DNA of 63,962 nucleotides, the filler included, from Welwitschia mirabilis (Eukaryota), in the NCBI GenBank assembly GCA_051453625.1. It is 5 parts of one record of this genome, joined end to end, with 100 filler letters (N's around TTAATTAATTAA, not from the genome) between each part and the next. Parts side by side here need not be neighbours in the genome. Positions count along the whole stretch, not along the records: positions 20,748 to 38,429 come from JBOZIK010000001.1; positions 38,530 to 58,027 come from JBOZIK010000001.1; 3 more parts are not named here. One strand, 5' to 3'. A model generated the notes under the pieces. That model was not told the DNA's origin and did not search any database. It saw only the letters and a program-made list of their open reading frames with translations. Positions 25,271 through 39,160 of the stretch are shown here, one piece after another. Both the position numbers and the translations under genes were made by a program. How positions within the stretch are numbered: the first letter of the stretch is position 1; each line of letters starts with the position of its first letter.

Positions 25271-28200
25271 AAAAAGTTAGATGGATTCCTTGTAAATTTC
25301 TCAACTATTGCCTTTTCTAAACTCTTGATATCAAACTAGAACTTATATTAGTTGAGATCATTAATCGATTCTTCTTCAAACTCATAATAGTTAAAATAAT
25401 TATCAACTTTTTAGATGGATAAACTGTTAGTTTTAATTTGCTAATTTGATGGGGGGAAGTTCAAGAATGATGAAAGATTAAAGCTAAGGATTCAAAGCAA
25501 TTCTAGTTACAATAAAAGTTAATTAATGTCAAGAAACACATAAAATCCTTATATGGCTCTAATATATTAAATTGGAAAAATTCAATTCAGTAGCTTCAAG
25601 AAGAAACCTAGAAAGACAAGTCGATTGATGAGTTAGATAATAAATAAAGAAAATTACTTTTGATTTATGTTTCACAAAAATGAAAGCAATCTTAATAGTT
25701 TCAAAAGGAAGGGGAAAAATCATTAGATCAAAGAAGGTGACACAAATACTAACTTTTTTTAATGTATGCTACAAATTGTAAGCACCCAAAAAAAATAACA
25801 ACTTCTACTGTGATTCATTAATTTAAAAATGAAAAAAATCAACATGTTATGTTACTAACAATACAAGGAAAATTAATGCTAAATATTTCAATAATTTATT
25901 AGCGAATCCCAAATTTATAAATTTGGATAATGTCCATAAGGTTGTTTGTGTTGTAGATAGACATTTGGGATATGTTGAATTATACTTTCTTATAAAACAA
26001 CCTACTACCAAAGATGTTAAAGAAGCTTTATTTAGAATAAAGCCTAATAAGTCTTTAGGTCTAGATAGTTTTCTTGTTAAGGTTTTGTACTATTGAAGAT
26101 TATTAAGGCTAATATTTTTTTTTTTTGAATTTTAACATTCGAGATAGATTTTGAAGGTTTTTATCTTCTACATTAATAACTTTAGTTTTCAAAAAGAAAC
26201 AAGCACTAATAATAGATCAGATTTTAGAAAAATAAGCTAATGCAATATTATTAATAAAATAATATTAAAGTTCTTACAAAAAGATAGAAAATTATTGTTC
26301 TAGCTTTGATTTCAAAGTCATAAAAAGGATTTATAAGAGCAAGACATATTTTAGATCAAGTAATTTGGTTTATAAGATTTTCGACCTTGCTTGTAAGCAG
26401 AAAAAGCTTAATATGACATTCAAATGGAATATGAGCAAGGCATATATGATAGAGCGGATTGGTATTTTCTTAAAGTGTTAATCCAAAGATTTGATTTTTC
26501 TAAATGATGACAAATAGTATTAAAAGGTTGCTATACCTTTTCATGTCTTTCCATTATACAAAATTATGGTATGCATGGATATTTTAATAGTAAACATGGA
26601 ATTTGGTAAGGAGATAACTTTTGACCTTTATTGCCAAAATTTTAGGAGTAATAAATAATAAGGGTAAAAAAGATAACGCTTTAATAGGCATTGAAGTTGT
26701 AGAAGGTATTTCTAATTTAATTCATGTTTAACATGTTGATGATAATTTTATATTTTATACAGGGGAAATAAAGAATTGCAAAAGTATTTAAGACATTTTG
26801 AAAATCTTATGTAAGATGTTTAGTTTAAGCATTAATTTTCAAAAAAGTGTCTCTTATATAGGTTAGAGATAGATTCATGAAATGCAAGAAATTCTAAATT
26901 GTGCAACTGATAGCTTTCATAAAAATATTTAGGTAGTTTTGTTTTTACAGGCAGAGTAAAGAAAGAATTATGGAGTAGCATTCTTGATAACATGGCAAAA
27001 AGATTAGTAGGAATGAAAAGTAAATTTCTTTCATAACAAGAAGAGCTTAAATCATCCAAATGTGTCTTTAATCCTTACCAATCACTTTAATATGATATCT
27101 TTAAACCCAAAACAAATTGTCAAGCACATGAAAGGGGTAGAAATAGATCTTTTATGGGCGAGTACCAATAGTGAGTTGTGTTGATTCAATAAATTGAAAT
27201 TTTTTGTGCCAACCATGGAATGAAGGTAGCTTTGGTTTAAAAAGTTTCATGAGTTAAATATTTCCCTCTCACCTCTAGTCTAGTAAAATGAAAAATCTAC
27301 TAAAGTGTTAAAGTCTATACATTTAAATCATTCTGAAATTTTCTTTTGAGGTTCACATATGTTTGGAGACTTTGCAATTTAGGTTTGGAAAAATTTAAGA
27401 TATTGGTTAAATATTTATATTAATTATATGCATTTAGATATTCATGAAAATTAGAAAGGGAAAGATAATTTCAAATCCTTCAGAAGCTTATAATACTCTT
27501 CAAACTTATCCTCTAGATAGCAAAGAAATCATATTAAAAATAATAGAAATTAGTAGAAAGCTAGAACTCTTTTTTTATTTCATCATGATTAGATAAATTG
27601 GATTTTCCAGTGAATCTTTTAAAATGTGTTTGAAGCAAAGGAAAATTGAAAAAAAAAATCTTATAGACATTATTTTCTTTATTGTACATTGAAAAGAAAA
27701 GTCTTGGATTTTATTTTTTTCAATCACAAGCCAACGTATGATTCTTTTAAATGATGTTGAACACTTTGTCAAATAATAAAATTGGCCTATGAATGAAAGA
27801 TGAATCTTGCTTTTCGTCACTTACTTCCTCATGTGTTATGGTAGGTTTCAAAAGAGCGTAATTTAAAGATTATAGAGGAAAAGAAACTCCTCATGTGTTA
27901 TGGTAGGTTTCAAAAGAGCGTAATTTAAAGATTATAGAGGAAAAGAAACTCCTATTCGATATATTGGTAATTTAATTACTGATGAATGGAAAGAAAGCCT
28001 GAATTTTGAAAAGGAATCATATCTTGAGATGCAATGTTATTATTTGCATCTTCAATTTTTTTGTCCCTTCACTCTTGACTAGTCTTTCCTGGTAAAGGTG
28101 TTGGCTAACCAAGCCTTTATCATGCTAATATAATCCCACCTTGCTTTCCCCTCTTTCCTTTAACGTTATAGTTTTTTGAGGATGAATCTTTCCACTCTAT

Positions 28201-28359
28201 GAAAACCTTAGGTACAAAATACTTCCTTAGAAGCTAAGAAAACAATTTGGCATGTAATGAAGCAAATGCTTTGGAGAGATAACACTCTTGTTATTTAGCA
28301 CTGCACTAGCCAGCGTAGAATTAGACTACTTCTAACACAAAAAATAAATAAATAAATAA
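25271..28359 (+). mobile_element. LINE-B, a 5'-truncated L1-type copy inserted into LINE-A in the opposite orientation
   Basis: Starts at the end of the APE domain (KLDGFLVN). Has a decayed KSxGxDxF motif, the RT core (EGISNLIHV*HVDDNFIF, about 26700-26760) and an A-rich tail AAAAATAAATAAATAAATAA at about 28339-28359. Confidence 0.8.
27826..27953 (+). repeat. Perfect 62-bp tandem duplication
   Basis: TCCTCATGTGTTATGG...GGAAAAGAAAC occurs twice in tandem. Confidence 0.9.
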
Positions 28360-31300
28360 CATATCATGCAAATCTTGAACGTGAGTTAAATTAGTGATAC
28401 CTTCCACAATTTCAATGCATGTCAAAGAGTTATCTCTTTAAGCCTTATCAAGTATTACTCCTAAAACTTTGGCAATAAAAATGAAAAAGAAAAAGTAACA
28501 AGCAATCAACTTTCCAAAAACCATTTGTACTATTAAAATATTTATGTAAATTACCATTTGATATAATAAAAAGGTATATAAAGGTATAACAAGTTTTTAA
28601 TAATTTCTACAATTGTTTAAAAAAATAAATGTTGAAATACCACGTTAAAAAAAAATATCAATTCAGTTTATCATTCGCTTTGCTTGTATCCAATGTGAAT
28701 GCCTATGATTTTTTTAATTTTTCTTTTTTCCTTTTTTTTTTTATTTTTTTAATTTCTTTAAATTTTTTTTCTTGGTAACCTATAAATAGACTCAAAAATC
28801 TTCTGAACAAAAATTGCTTGATCTAAAATATGTCTTCCCTTCATAGATCTTTTTTATCAATCTCAAATCAAAACAAGAACAATTTTCAATCTTTGTAGAA
28901 GAACCTTTAAATAAAATTACATAAGATTATTGATCTAAAATTTGATATATTATCAACTTCTTTTTTCTTTGGAATTAAATTTATCTAGATAAAAGGAAAT
29001 CCTTTAAAATTTATTAACAATAAACTCTAAAAGGGCAATTTAAATATCATCCTTAACAATCTCCTAGTTATGTTAGAAAAAATCAATAGGAAAGCCCTTT
29101 AAAGCTTAGGTTCCTTGATCTCTTGCATAGTAGGTTTTTCCCTCACAAAACTATAGTTTGGTGTCTCTCAAAAATCTATTTATAAAATAAACAACTTTAT
29201 TAATGTTATTGATATTTATTTGTTTACTCTTCACTAAAAAATTCTTGTAGTATTTCATAGCAATTTACCTAATCTTATCAGTATCATGAATATATTCATT
29301 TTTTGTATCTTTAAGATAAGGAATCAATCCAGAGTTTTTTCATTTTGTAGCATAGACGTGAAAAAAAAAAAATCTAGAATTTGCATTACCTTCATTCATC
29401 CACTTAGTTTTTGTCCTTTAGAACTAGAAAGGTCCTCCAATTTTTATTTTAAAAAAAAATGAAAAGATCCCAAAGCAATTTTCTTTCTTTATTATCGAAG
29501 TCATCCATTTAACTGTCTTTTTAAATGTCTTATTGAGGCTACTAAATTTGATGAATTTTTTTTAGCTTTTACCAATTTAAAATATGAAAGTGTTCCAGAG
29601 ATTTTATGTGTTCCTTAACATTGGTTAACTTTCATTCTAGCTAGAATTGCTTTGAGCTCACAGCTTTCATCTTCTGTCCATCTTGAAAAATTTTTTTTGT
29701 TTTTTTAATCTTTTAAATTACAAAATTAAAACTAACCATTTATACATCTAAAAAATCATTGTTTATTTTGATTTGTATGAGTTTGAAAAAGAATCAATCA
29801 ATGGTCTGAGCCAATATGAGTAATAGTTTAACTATAAAATTCCAAAAAGACCTAATGCCAAGAAACCTTCACAATGGATCTATCTAACTTTTTAAGAATT
29901 AATTAGAACTAGATTTTCTATTATTCTACGTAGAATTTTTCATTGGAATTTCTAACAAACCACAATCATCTATACCTCTTTTGAAAATCTTTGTTTTTTG
30001 AAAAACTAAAAACTGATATTCATGAAAAATAGTATTAAGATCACTACTAGTCAAAAATAGATCAAAAAATCTTAAAATATTTTGCCAAAATTCTTTCATT
30101 TTCTCTATAAATAATGAGCAACAAACACTAATTAAAAGTAGTGAAGCATTTTCCATATGAGATCTATAACTAGTATTAAACTAATTATTCCAAAGCTCTC
30201 TGCATTCAAGTAATGAAGCCATACTAACCAAGTTCTAAAAATGCAACACAATGTTGGGATAAGTCCTTGCACAAAAATATGTCATTGGTTGAAGTTGAGC
30301 ATTCATTTTCACAAATGAAGACAAAATTAGGATTTTCTTTTGGACCCTATGTTTTAAGGGCGTCAAGGGTTATTACAATTTTTTGAGTTTCAACTAAATA
30401 TTTTCATTGTGGCATGGAGAGACAATTCTCTTCATATGTGATGTTATTTTCCTCTTTTGACCTCTTCCAATCAAAGCACATTAATCATTTCTTACTATTT
30501 TTTTCCGATTGTGTTTTTGCATAACAGATCTTTTAAACAAGATCAATAGTCTTTTTAGTTTTCTTTGGTCCTTAGAGATCCTATGCTTGCTTATCAATAA
30601 TGTTTAGTGCAAGATGTCAGCCCACTAAAAGGAGGAGAGGTCCATTAACTCAAAAGCAACTAAAATCATCTTCTTCCTTATCTATGATTTTTGGTTCTTT
30701 ATTTACAAATGTTTGCAAATTGTTCAATCGTTTCTTTTAGTAACAAATTTATCGTTTTTCCCCTTGTGAATATCCCTTTTCACTTGGTTTAATCTTTTTA
30801 ATTTTTTCCAAAAGTATTTTTTTGTGAAAATCATTTTATTAAGATTGAAAATTGCTTTTAAATGTTTATAGAGAAGAAAGGAAACTTGGTTTCACATTAT
30901 AGGATTTGAATCACAGCCTATTATCTATCTAGAATAACTATCTTGATATCTTATATTGGTTACTTCCATGTTAATTGATACGTTATCATGACTATCTTTC
31001 CTCAAAATGTTTTCTTGTAAGATCCATCTCTTTTCTAGAGTAAATTTTGTTCCTCGAATACATGTGAATTTTTCTATTGCATGAAGGGTAGACCCTTTTT
31101 GGATAAATGCTCTGCTCAAAAGAATGAAACATTTCAAACATTCCTTGAAGAAATTTCAACATTGAGTACTTCGCAAAAGGAACTATCTTATTTTTCAATA
31201 CACAAACCCAATAATTTAGAGAAGATCTAACCATAAAAGAATTATTATCCACCCATAAAAAGTGGTTAAATAAAGAAACAACTCAAAAAACAATTTTAGA

Positions 31301-32480
31301 ATCCCACAAATCGAGATTCAAATTTTATAAATATATCCAGTTTGCTCTCCAAAGTTGAGATAAATGAACATTTGAATCTTGTATATTTCTCTTCTATGGC
31401 TACTAGTTCCGAGAGGGATAAGGCTCATATGTATAAATTTCATACAAAACACATTCTACTTTACTTATGCATAAGAAAATCCAAATGTTTCTAGAACATC
31501 AAAAAATTTAAATCTTAATATTGAATACTTAAAACATAAAAAATTCTTCAAATGTATGTAAATGTTTCAAGAAACTTTGAGCAACCAATAAAGGCAATTT
31601 GAAGAATATAATCTGTTTTATTCCAACATTCAATTTTTACTAAATCCAAAATGATATGAAAGCCCTTTGCCAATTGCAACTTGAAGAATACAATCTTGAT
31701 TTTGTCGAGATACACTATGAAAGGTAGAATTCTCTTGGATAAATGCTTTGCAAAAAAACAACAGATAACATTTCAAACATTCGTTGAAAAAATTTAAACA
31801 TGAACTATTTTGCAAGAAGGGACTATTTTATTTTTCAGTATGCAAACCCAATAATTTAAATAAAATCTAACAATATAAGAATTATAATCCATCCATAAAA
31901 ATTGACCAAACAAATAAAATATTCAAAAATTAATTTTAAAATCCCACAAACCTAGGTTAGAATTTTGAAATCGTATCCAATTTGCTCTCCAAGCTTGAGA
32001 TGAAGAAACATATGAATCTTGTATATTTGTCTTCTATGGCTGCTTATTCCATCAACAATAAGATCCATACGTGTCAATTTTAGACAAAAAATCATTGCAT
32101 TCTAATTCCCTTACACATAAGAAAATTTAAATATTTCTAGAACATAAAAAATGTTTATTTAAATACTTAAATAAATCTTCAAATAGATTCAAATGTTTCA
32201 AGACATTTTGAGCAACTCATGAAGGCATCTTGATGAATAGAATATTTTTCATTCTAGCATTCACTTTGTGCTGAAACCAAAATAACTGTCTTTCCTATTA
32301 TCTCGATATACTATGGAAGCTCTATGGCAATTGCAAAGACCATTCCTTAACAGCCTTTGCTATTGTTGATATATGCTAACAAAGCCCTTTGCTATTGTTG
32401 ATATATGCTAACAAAGCCCTGTGCCAATTGCAAAATCCATTCCTTCAATATTCTAGATCTGAAAACCCCCCATCTTTTTT
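28360..32480 (-). mobile_element. LINE-A, 5' half (ORF1, ORF2 start, APE, RT up to the YADD region)
   Basis: ORF2 start MKIFS*N (cf. MKIxSWN) near 30407. RT ends EGITNLTHVQDLHDM at about 28365. DUF4283-like ORF1 sequence (WIRF.N..LGLWD...FGQFLWMD) lies at 31100-32300. The 5' boundary is approximate. Confidence 0.75.
31081..32350 (-). repeat. Diverged tandem duplication (period about 636 bp) of the LINE ORF1 region
   Basis: 31081-31716 aligns colinearly with 31717-32350. Shared anchors include GGATAAATGC, CATTTCAAACATTC, CAAACCCAATAATTTA and TTTGCTCTCCAA. Confidence 0.85.
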
Positions 32481-34446
32481 GTTGGGTGAGAATTCATACT
32501 CTATCCCTTTGCTACATTGATTATTTCAATCACTTATGCTTGGAATAAGTTATATTTGTGATTGCTAGCAAAGTCTTTCTCACAAGGAAATTCAAGATAA
32601 AACAATACAAATGAATCAATAATTTATTTGTTCGATACAAAGACATTTATACAAGCTTGATGTGTAAAATTGGAAAAAGTTTTAAGTTACCTCACATTGA
32701 GTACGTAACAGTCACAAAACCAACTTCAAAATTAGTCTCTCATCCTCATTATATCGAAACCTTATTTAAGCATAATGACAGCTTTGATTTGTCATTTCCA
32801 AGCAATACAATAGCCCTTATCTTACATTTCTGTTACTGTGCTTCTCTCGTGTATGTTTGTTATTTCTAATTCCTATTCTTCTAATTATTCAGTTTATGTA
32901 TGTATCTTAACTACATTATTCGTTAATAAGATGAATTAACATCTCATATCACTCTGATGTATAATCTACTACGTAATGTATATCTCATGCTAACTTACAG
33001 AATTTCAGCAACAAGTATTCTATCTTGTAATTGAAAGCAGGAGAATGACCACTATGATTTCAAAAATCATTAGCAAACTTCTTGAAATTAGAAATCAACT
33101 ACTAAATGACTTCACAGCTACGGATAATTTACAAATACAGTAACAGCTAAACATTTTTCAAAACACACTTGAAGGAAATAATGTCCACTAAACGGCAATT
33201 GGTAAACTACATCAGGCATCTAACATGCAAAAAGAGAGCCAAAGATCAACACTAAGGTCAAAAAACATCACATTCCTATTAGAGAAATTGTAGGGAAATG
33301 GCTACCTATGTTGGATTTAGAACATAATCATATAATAAGCCCTAATATGGGTAGAACACAGTGCAATAAAAAAAAATTCTCCTTGCCATAAATGAATGGA
33401 CAATTTATGAGGATCAAGCCTGTCAGCATCATGCATGATGATATTTTACTTAAAACGATGTGCATTTGCAGTATGAAACTAAGTACATAACTCTCAATAT
33501 TTGCATCGGTCCACTTTCTATGTTATTGATTCAGATATTTCCCAGGAGTATTCCACAAATTACAGTACCTGGAACTTACGTGTACCTGGCATATCATGTG
33601 GTGGATGTGTCTCCTATACATTCAATAGAGCAATGTGCTTAAGAATTGACTATAAACAGAGGGTACACATAAATCAACTCCATACCCATGTCGATAGATA
33701 TTTCCCCATTACCAAGAAGTACATAAAATGCATTTTTATTACTAAAGGCTTCATCTAATTAAAATGAATATCCATTTTTGATATTTAATATTCCATGGTT
33801 CACTCCTTTATTTAAAAAATTAAAAAAACATGTTTTGAATGCAAAAGAAACTTTGTAAATTCTGGGCTTCTTCAAGGAAGGAGTTTACCGAAAAACAGAT
33901 TTTTCAATATAAATGTTTGCATCCATATCCAGAGAGCAGAAGACGAGAAATTTCCAATGGCATGCAGACACAAATGCATCCCAACTCAAATTGAGTGAAC
34001 ATGATAGCAAAACTTCAGTCCAGGGTATACGGTCAAGTACCCACCTCAAATACCATCCCAATGCCAATTGCATTTTTAGTATTTACAATGATCACTGCCA
34101 AAAGTATGACATTGTGTAAATAGTTTTTGGTACAATTCTTCCAGATTTATGCTAGCCCTGTAAAGATTGAGAAATCATCTTAAATGTTTTGAAAATTAAC
34201 TGCTCACTTTCCTTTTTCTTCTTTGTGGCAATTACTTTGTGCACTACATGCATATACTAGAAAAACTCAACTGCCAATTCTGCCTTCTTAACGCTCTACC
34301 TTGTGAAGGTAGTACACCATGATAGAATTAAAACCGACCAATCTTCATCTAGTCTTCAAGTGAACAAGATACGATTCAGGTTTTATCTTGTATGGCAGGT
34401 TACACAGCAACATGATTGGTTGAACAGGTATTTCAACCACATGGCC

Positions 34447-34615
34447 TTAGCTATTATCAGTTTGGAGCCTTCGTAATGCTTTCTTTGCGTATAGTGTTAT
34501 GGCAATGGTTGTACCCACAGCAACAAAACAGCCCACAGCGCTTGATATAATCTGCATTGTCGTTACATGCTGTCTTTTACTTTTAACATCAGCTAATTCA
34601 CGTAACAAGCGCCCA
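34447..34615 (-). CDS. Last coding exon of a TVP38/TMEM64 (SNARE-associated Golgi protein, At2g02370-like) gene
   Basis: Minus-strand acceptor ttgtttatgttgcAG, then (S)GRLLRELADVKSKRQHVTTMQIISSAVGCFVAVGTTIAITLYAKKALRRLQTDNS*, matching the family C-terminal SGRL...TxYAKxAL transmembrane motif. Upstream exons were not seen (N gap or next scaffold). Confidence 0.75.
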
Positions 34616-36697
34616 CTGCAACATAAACAAAGCAAGACAAATTCCACTTAGCTATCTTGAGACAAAATGTTCATCCAAACAAAATTACAATTCAAGTTTT
34701 CTAAGAATGTTTATCCAAGACTGTAATTGTAAAAACAGGAGTTTTCCTCTTCACGTATCAAGCTAGAATTCCATTATACAGCATCCAACAGAGTCGAGCC
34801 ATCTATAACTTATGAGAAACTGTTTATAAATTGTATTTCAGAAAGTATTGCATGGGGGTCACTTTGTCATACATGGGCCATCAGAGAACTCCATGCACAT
34901 GCATCAACATGCAGTAACATGCAAGTCGGAATAGCACCCCATACAACTCAAAATAGATCAGATCCAACTAGTATGCAATCCTTTTAACTAACAGCTAGCA
35001 GGCTGACCCAAGATGCCTTCACACACAGAACAATCTCTTTTCTAACACCTATTAACAATTAGACCCCATTAATAATATTATGTGAAATTTACTTTTGNNN
35101 NNNNNNNNNNNNNNNNNNNNNNNNNNNNNNNNNNNNNNNNNNNNNNNNNNNNNNNNNNNNNNNNNNNNNNNNNNNNNNNNNNNNNNNNNNNNNNNNNNNN
35201 NNNNNNNNNNNNNNNNNNNNNNNNNNNNNNNNNNNNNNNNNNNNNNNNNNNNNNNNNNNNNNNNNNNNNNNNNNNNNNNNNNNNNNNNNNNNNNNNNNNN
35301 NNNNNNNNNNNNNNNNNNNNNNNNNNNNNNNNNNNNNNNNNNNNNNNNNNNNNNNNNNNNNNNNNNNNNNNNNNNNNNNNNNNNNNNNNNNNNNNNNNNN
35401 NNNNNNNNNNNNNNNNNNNNNNNNNNNNNNNNNNNNNNNNNNNNNNNNNNNNNNNNNNNNNNNNNNNNNNNNNNNNNNNNNNNNNNNNNNNNNNNNNNNN
35501 NNNNNNNNNNNNNNNNNNNNNNNNNNNNNNNNNNNNNNNNNNNNNNNNNNNNNNNNNNNNNNNNNNNNNNNNNNNNNNNNNNNNNNNNNNNNNNNNNNNN
35601 NNNNNNNNNNNNNNNNNNNNNNNNNNNNNNNNNNNNNNNNNNNNNNNNNNNNNNNNNNNNNNNNNNNNNNNNNNNNNNNNNNNNNNNNNNNNNNNNNNNN
35701 NNNNNNNNNNNNNNNNNNNNNNNNNNNNNNNNNNNNNNNNNNNNNNNNNNNNNNNNNNNNNNNNNNNNNNNNNNNNNNNNNNNNNNNNNNNNNNNNNNNN
35801 NNNNNNNNNNNNNNNNNNNNNNNNNNNNNNNNNNNNNNNNNNNNNNNNNNNNNNNNNNNNNNNNTCAGCTTAGGAGACCTGTTAAGCTTTTTCTCTGCTT
35901 GCAGTCTTAACGAACTACAATTCTTCCTTCAATGATTCATGAATCAAAAAACCCCTTGATTGTATATGATTTGGTCATGGGTGAAACACTGCCTCCTTCA
36001 CACCGGACAGGGTACTCTTTGTCAGTAAGGCAAGTTCCATTACATGACAAATACCCTCTAGAAATATCCCTACGTCATATTTTAATTTGCGTGTAAGGAA
36101 CGGGTTCCATCTACCCTTGTTACTCTGTTGAAATTAGGCTGCCCTCTTTTAGTAAAGAGAGCCAGCAAACTAAGCCTCCACTGCTGAATCTGTGGGCTGC
36201 CTTCTAAATATATTGTGACTCACTTAACAACTTACTTGTGATCGTTTATGTTTGACCTTTGAAATCTCCCAAATAAGAATTTGTATATTCAAACAGTGGA
36301 GAGGCATGGAGGAACTACTCTAAACCATTCCACCAATATTAAAAAGTGCAATCAACCTAACATCAGCAAACAGTGTTACCATCTAAAGAATGACTGGCGT
36401 AAACAGGATGATCAGCCTTAGATCACCAGAACTGTAGCTCTCTCATGATTTGCCCAAAGTTTGTGCACCACTTCAACTGAAACACATATTGTACCTTCTG
36501 TATAATTCCTGATCTGTGTTTGCATGCATTATCACCTTTTGTCATCAGGCCATACCAAATATCTCAGATGTGTCGTGTGTGCCAGAATGGCATACCAAGC
36601 ATCTCAAGACTTAGTTAAAGGATAATGTTATCTAACTACTGCATCACATTGTTGTTGGCTTTTAATGTGCTCTCAGAAGGTTCAAAATCTCCATTTG

Positions 36698-38190
36698 ACT
36701 CTTGCTAACTTGCAAGTTACAAAAAGAAAGAAAGAAAAAAATAAAAGGGAAAGACAAGGGAGTTGAGATTGGTTTTGTGAAACTTCGTAGGGAAAGTAGG
36801 AAGCAAGCAAGCTCCAAGTGTGCCCAATTTGTCCTCCTGCAAATCCTTACTTGACCATATGCAACATTAACCTGTAACAAACTTCAGACCATCAAGTGTA
36901 AAAGCTCGAGTCATAGCGACATAGTCTCATTCGAGTGTTGCTACATTCAACAGTCACTGATCCTTCACAGCCTTGCAATAAAAATAGAAAGTGTGAACTT
37001 ATAGTGCACAAGATCTATGAAACTACAAAGATGAAGATCAATTAACTTATTCGGATTCACTCGGTTGACCAAAGCAAAACTTGATAGTGCATTGCTACTT
37101 AAGTATTCCTAGTACAAACTAAATTGAAACTAACAATCAAAAGAAAAGAACTCTTTAGTATTAAATCAGAAAAATGTACATTACATCAAAGATGAAGGAA
37201 GCAGAAAGGACTCCTCAAGCTCCTTGGAATAAGATCACATCTCAAAGAAGTAATCAGAGGGCCATTATGCCTTAACACTCTAATAATTTTTACTTTACCC
37301 AAATGAAGGATGAATACAATGAAGGACTCAATGCCCTATTATAGGTGAGCATGAGGTAGGGGTGGTTATAAGATCTTAATGTATAGCATTAGATGGACGA
37401 CTACATAATCATGACATTCGGTAGGATGATTTATCATTTATTACATTTTGTACAAATTCTCATGATGATGCTAATACTTGGAATCTCGGTGTTGTAGTTA
37501 CTACCAATTATTATCATTATCATCTATCTCTATAATTATCCTAGTTAGGCCAATCAAATGTCATAAATGTGAGTAATTCTCCTTACTACTATTTATTATT
37601 CAGAATGAAGGATATCTTCAAGATAAAAATTAATCTAACTCTAGTTGACTAAGTTATTTATGATATTTCAAGAACATAAAATTGAAAGTGATCTACCCAC
37701 ATAGACCAATGGCACTGATATTCCTAGCTAATGCCATCTACATTCTAGGTTGAAGTATCTTTATATTTTACAAAGTTCTTTAAATGTGATAGCTAACCTA
37801 AAAATATCATGGAAAAGTTATAAGTTCATAATTAATATTAAAAATCAATATAAGACATGTATTGTGATAAAAGAAGTTAAATTAATTTCTTCTATTAAAA
37901 TAAATTTTCCATTTAACTTGATTGTAATGTTAAATTTTTACATGTTAACACACCCCCAAATTAGACTTTTACTAGTGCCTTAGAAAAAAGTTGATAACAA
38001 CATGGTTAAACATGGAAAAATGTTTTAAATCAAATTAATTAAGTGTGAAAATGATATAACTTTGTAAATTTTATGACTAATTGTTTTTTGTAGTTAAGCA
38101 TAAAAATGAAAATTTAATGAAAAATAATGTAAAACTAGATGTCATATCCCCTAATCAAAATTCAATATGATGAAATTGTGTTAAAATAAT
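36698..38190 (-). mobile_element. Athila-like 3' LTR (36698-37950) with PPT and adjacent internal sequence
   Basis: Aligns with 44878-45534 and about 38640-39390. Minus strand reads TTTGGGGGTG-TGTTAACATG (PPT then LTR start). Confidence 0.85.
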
Positions 38191-38429
38191 GAGATTCTCC
38201 ACTTCTCTCTTTTGTATATATTTATCTGTTTGTTAAGAAATTAATAAAACCTTTAGCTGAGGGGAATTAATAAAGATAAATTTTATTATAAATTGTGCTT
38301 ATCAATAAAGTGTTTTCATTATCTTAACCATGCATTTTAAATATCAATAGATGTTTTTAATTATTATTATAATTACTAATTAATAGGTTAGTTAGTTAGT
38401 ATGTTAGTAGGTTAGTATGTATATTTTAT

Positions 38430-38529
38430 NNNNNNNNNNNNNNNNNNNNNNNNNNNNNNNNNNNNNNNNNNNNTTAATTAATTAANNNNNNNNNNNNNNN
38501 NNNNNNNNNNNNNNNNNNNNNNNNNNNNN
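38430..38529. other. Artificial scaffold linker N44-TTAATTAATTAA-N44
   Basis: Identical 100-bp linker. Confidence 0.97.
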
Positions 38530-39160
38530 ACAGCTTCTGAATTACTACAAGAAACGATGTGCTGAAACCAGTTCTTCGTTCATCATTGAAACTCATCATC
38601 TCTACAGCTCTTGGCTTGCAGCAATAGGCGAGCAGTTACATAATCATGACATTAGGTAGGACAGTTTGTCATCTTTTCCATTAAGTAAAGATTCTTATAA
38701 CACAGCGAACACTTGGCTCATAGATGCTGATGCTTCTGTCAACTACTGTCATCAACATGTCTCCCTCATTATCTTACTCATCCCTGCCAAATGTCATCAG
38801 TGTGCTTTCTCGTCATCACTGCCACGTGTCACCGAGAATGGAGGGTGTTTACAAGGTAAAATCTGATTAAACCCATAACTCCAATTGATTAAATTTTGCA
38901 TGACATTTCAAGAATGTGAAATTGAACTGTTCTGCCCTCATAGTCGTCGGCATATTAGCTTGATTGATCAACAACTTTCGACATATCCTTCAAGATGCAT
39001 TAAATACCTTGAAAATGTCATGGGAAAGTGATAGGTCCATAATTAATATTGACAATCAATAGAAGACATGTTTTGTGATAAAGTCAATTATATTAATGTC
39101 TTTCATTAACATAAATTGGTCATCTAACTTAATTGTAATGTCAATTTTTACATATTAATA
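38530..39160 (-). repeat. 3' LTR of the Athila-like element (truncated by the scaffold end)
   Basis: 38957-39160 is a close match to 45330-45534 and lies next to the PPT. Confidence 0.85.
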
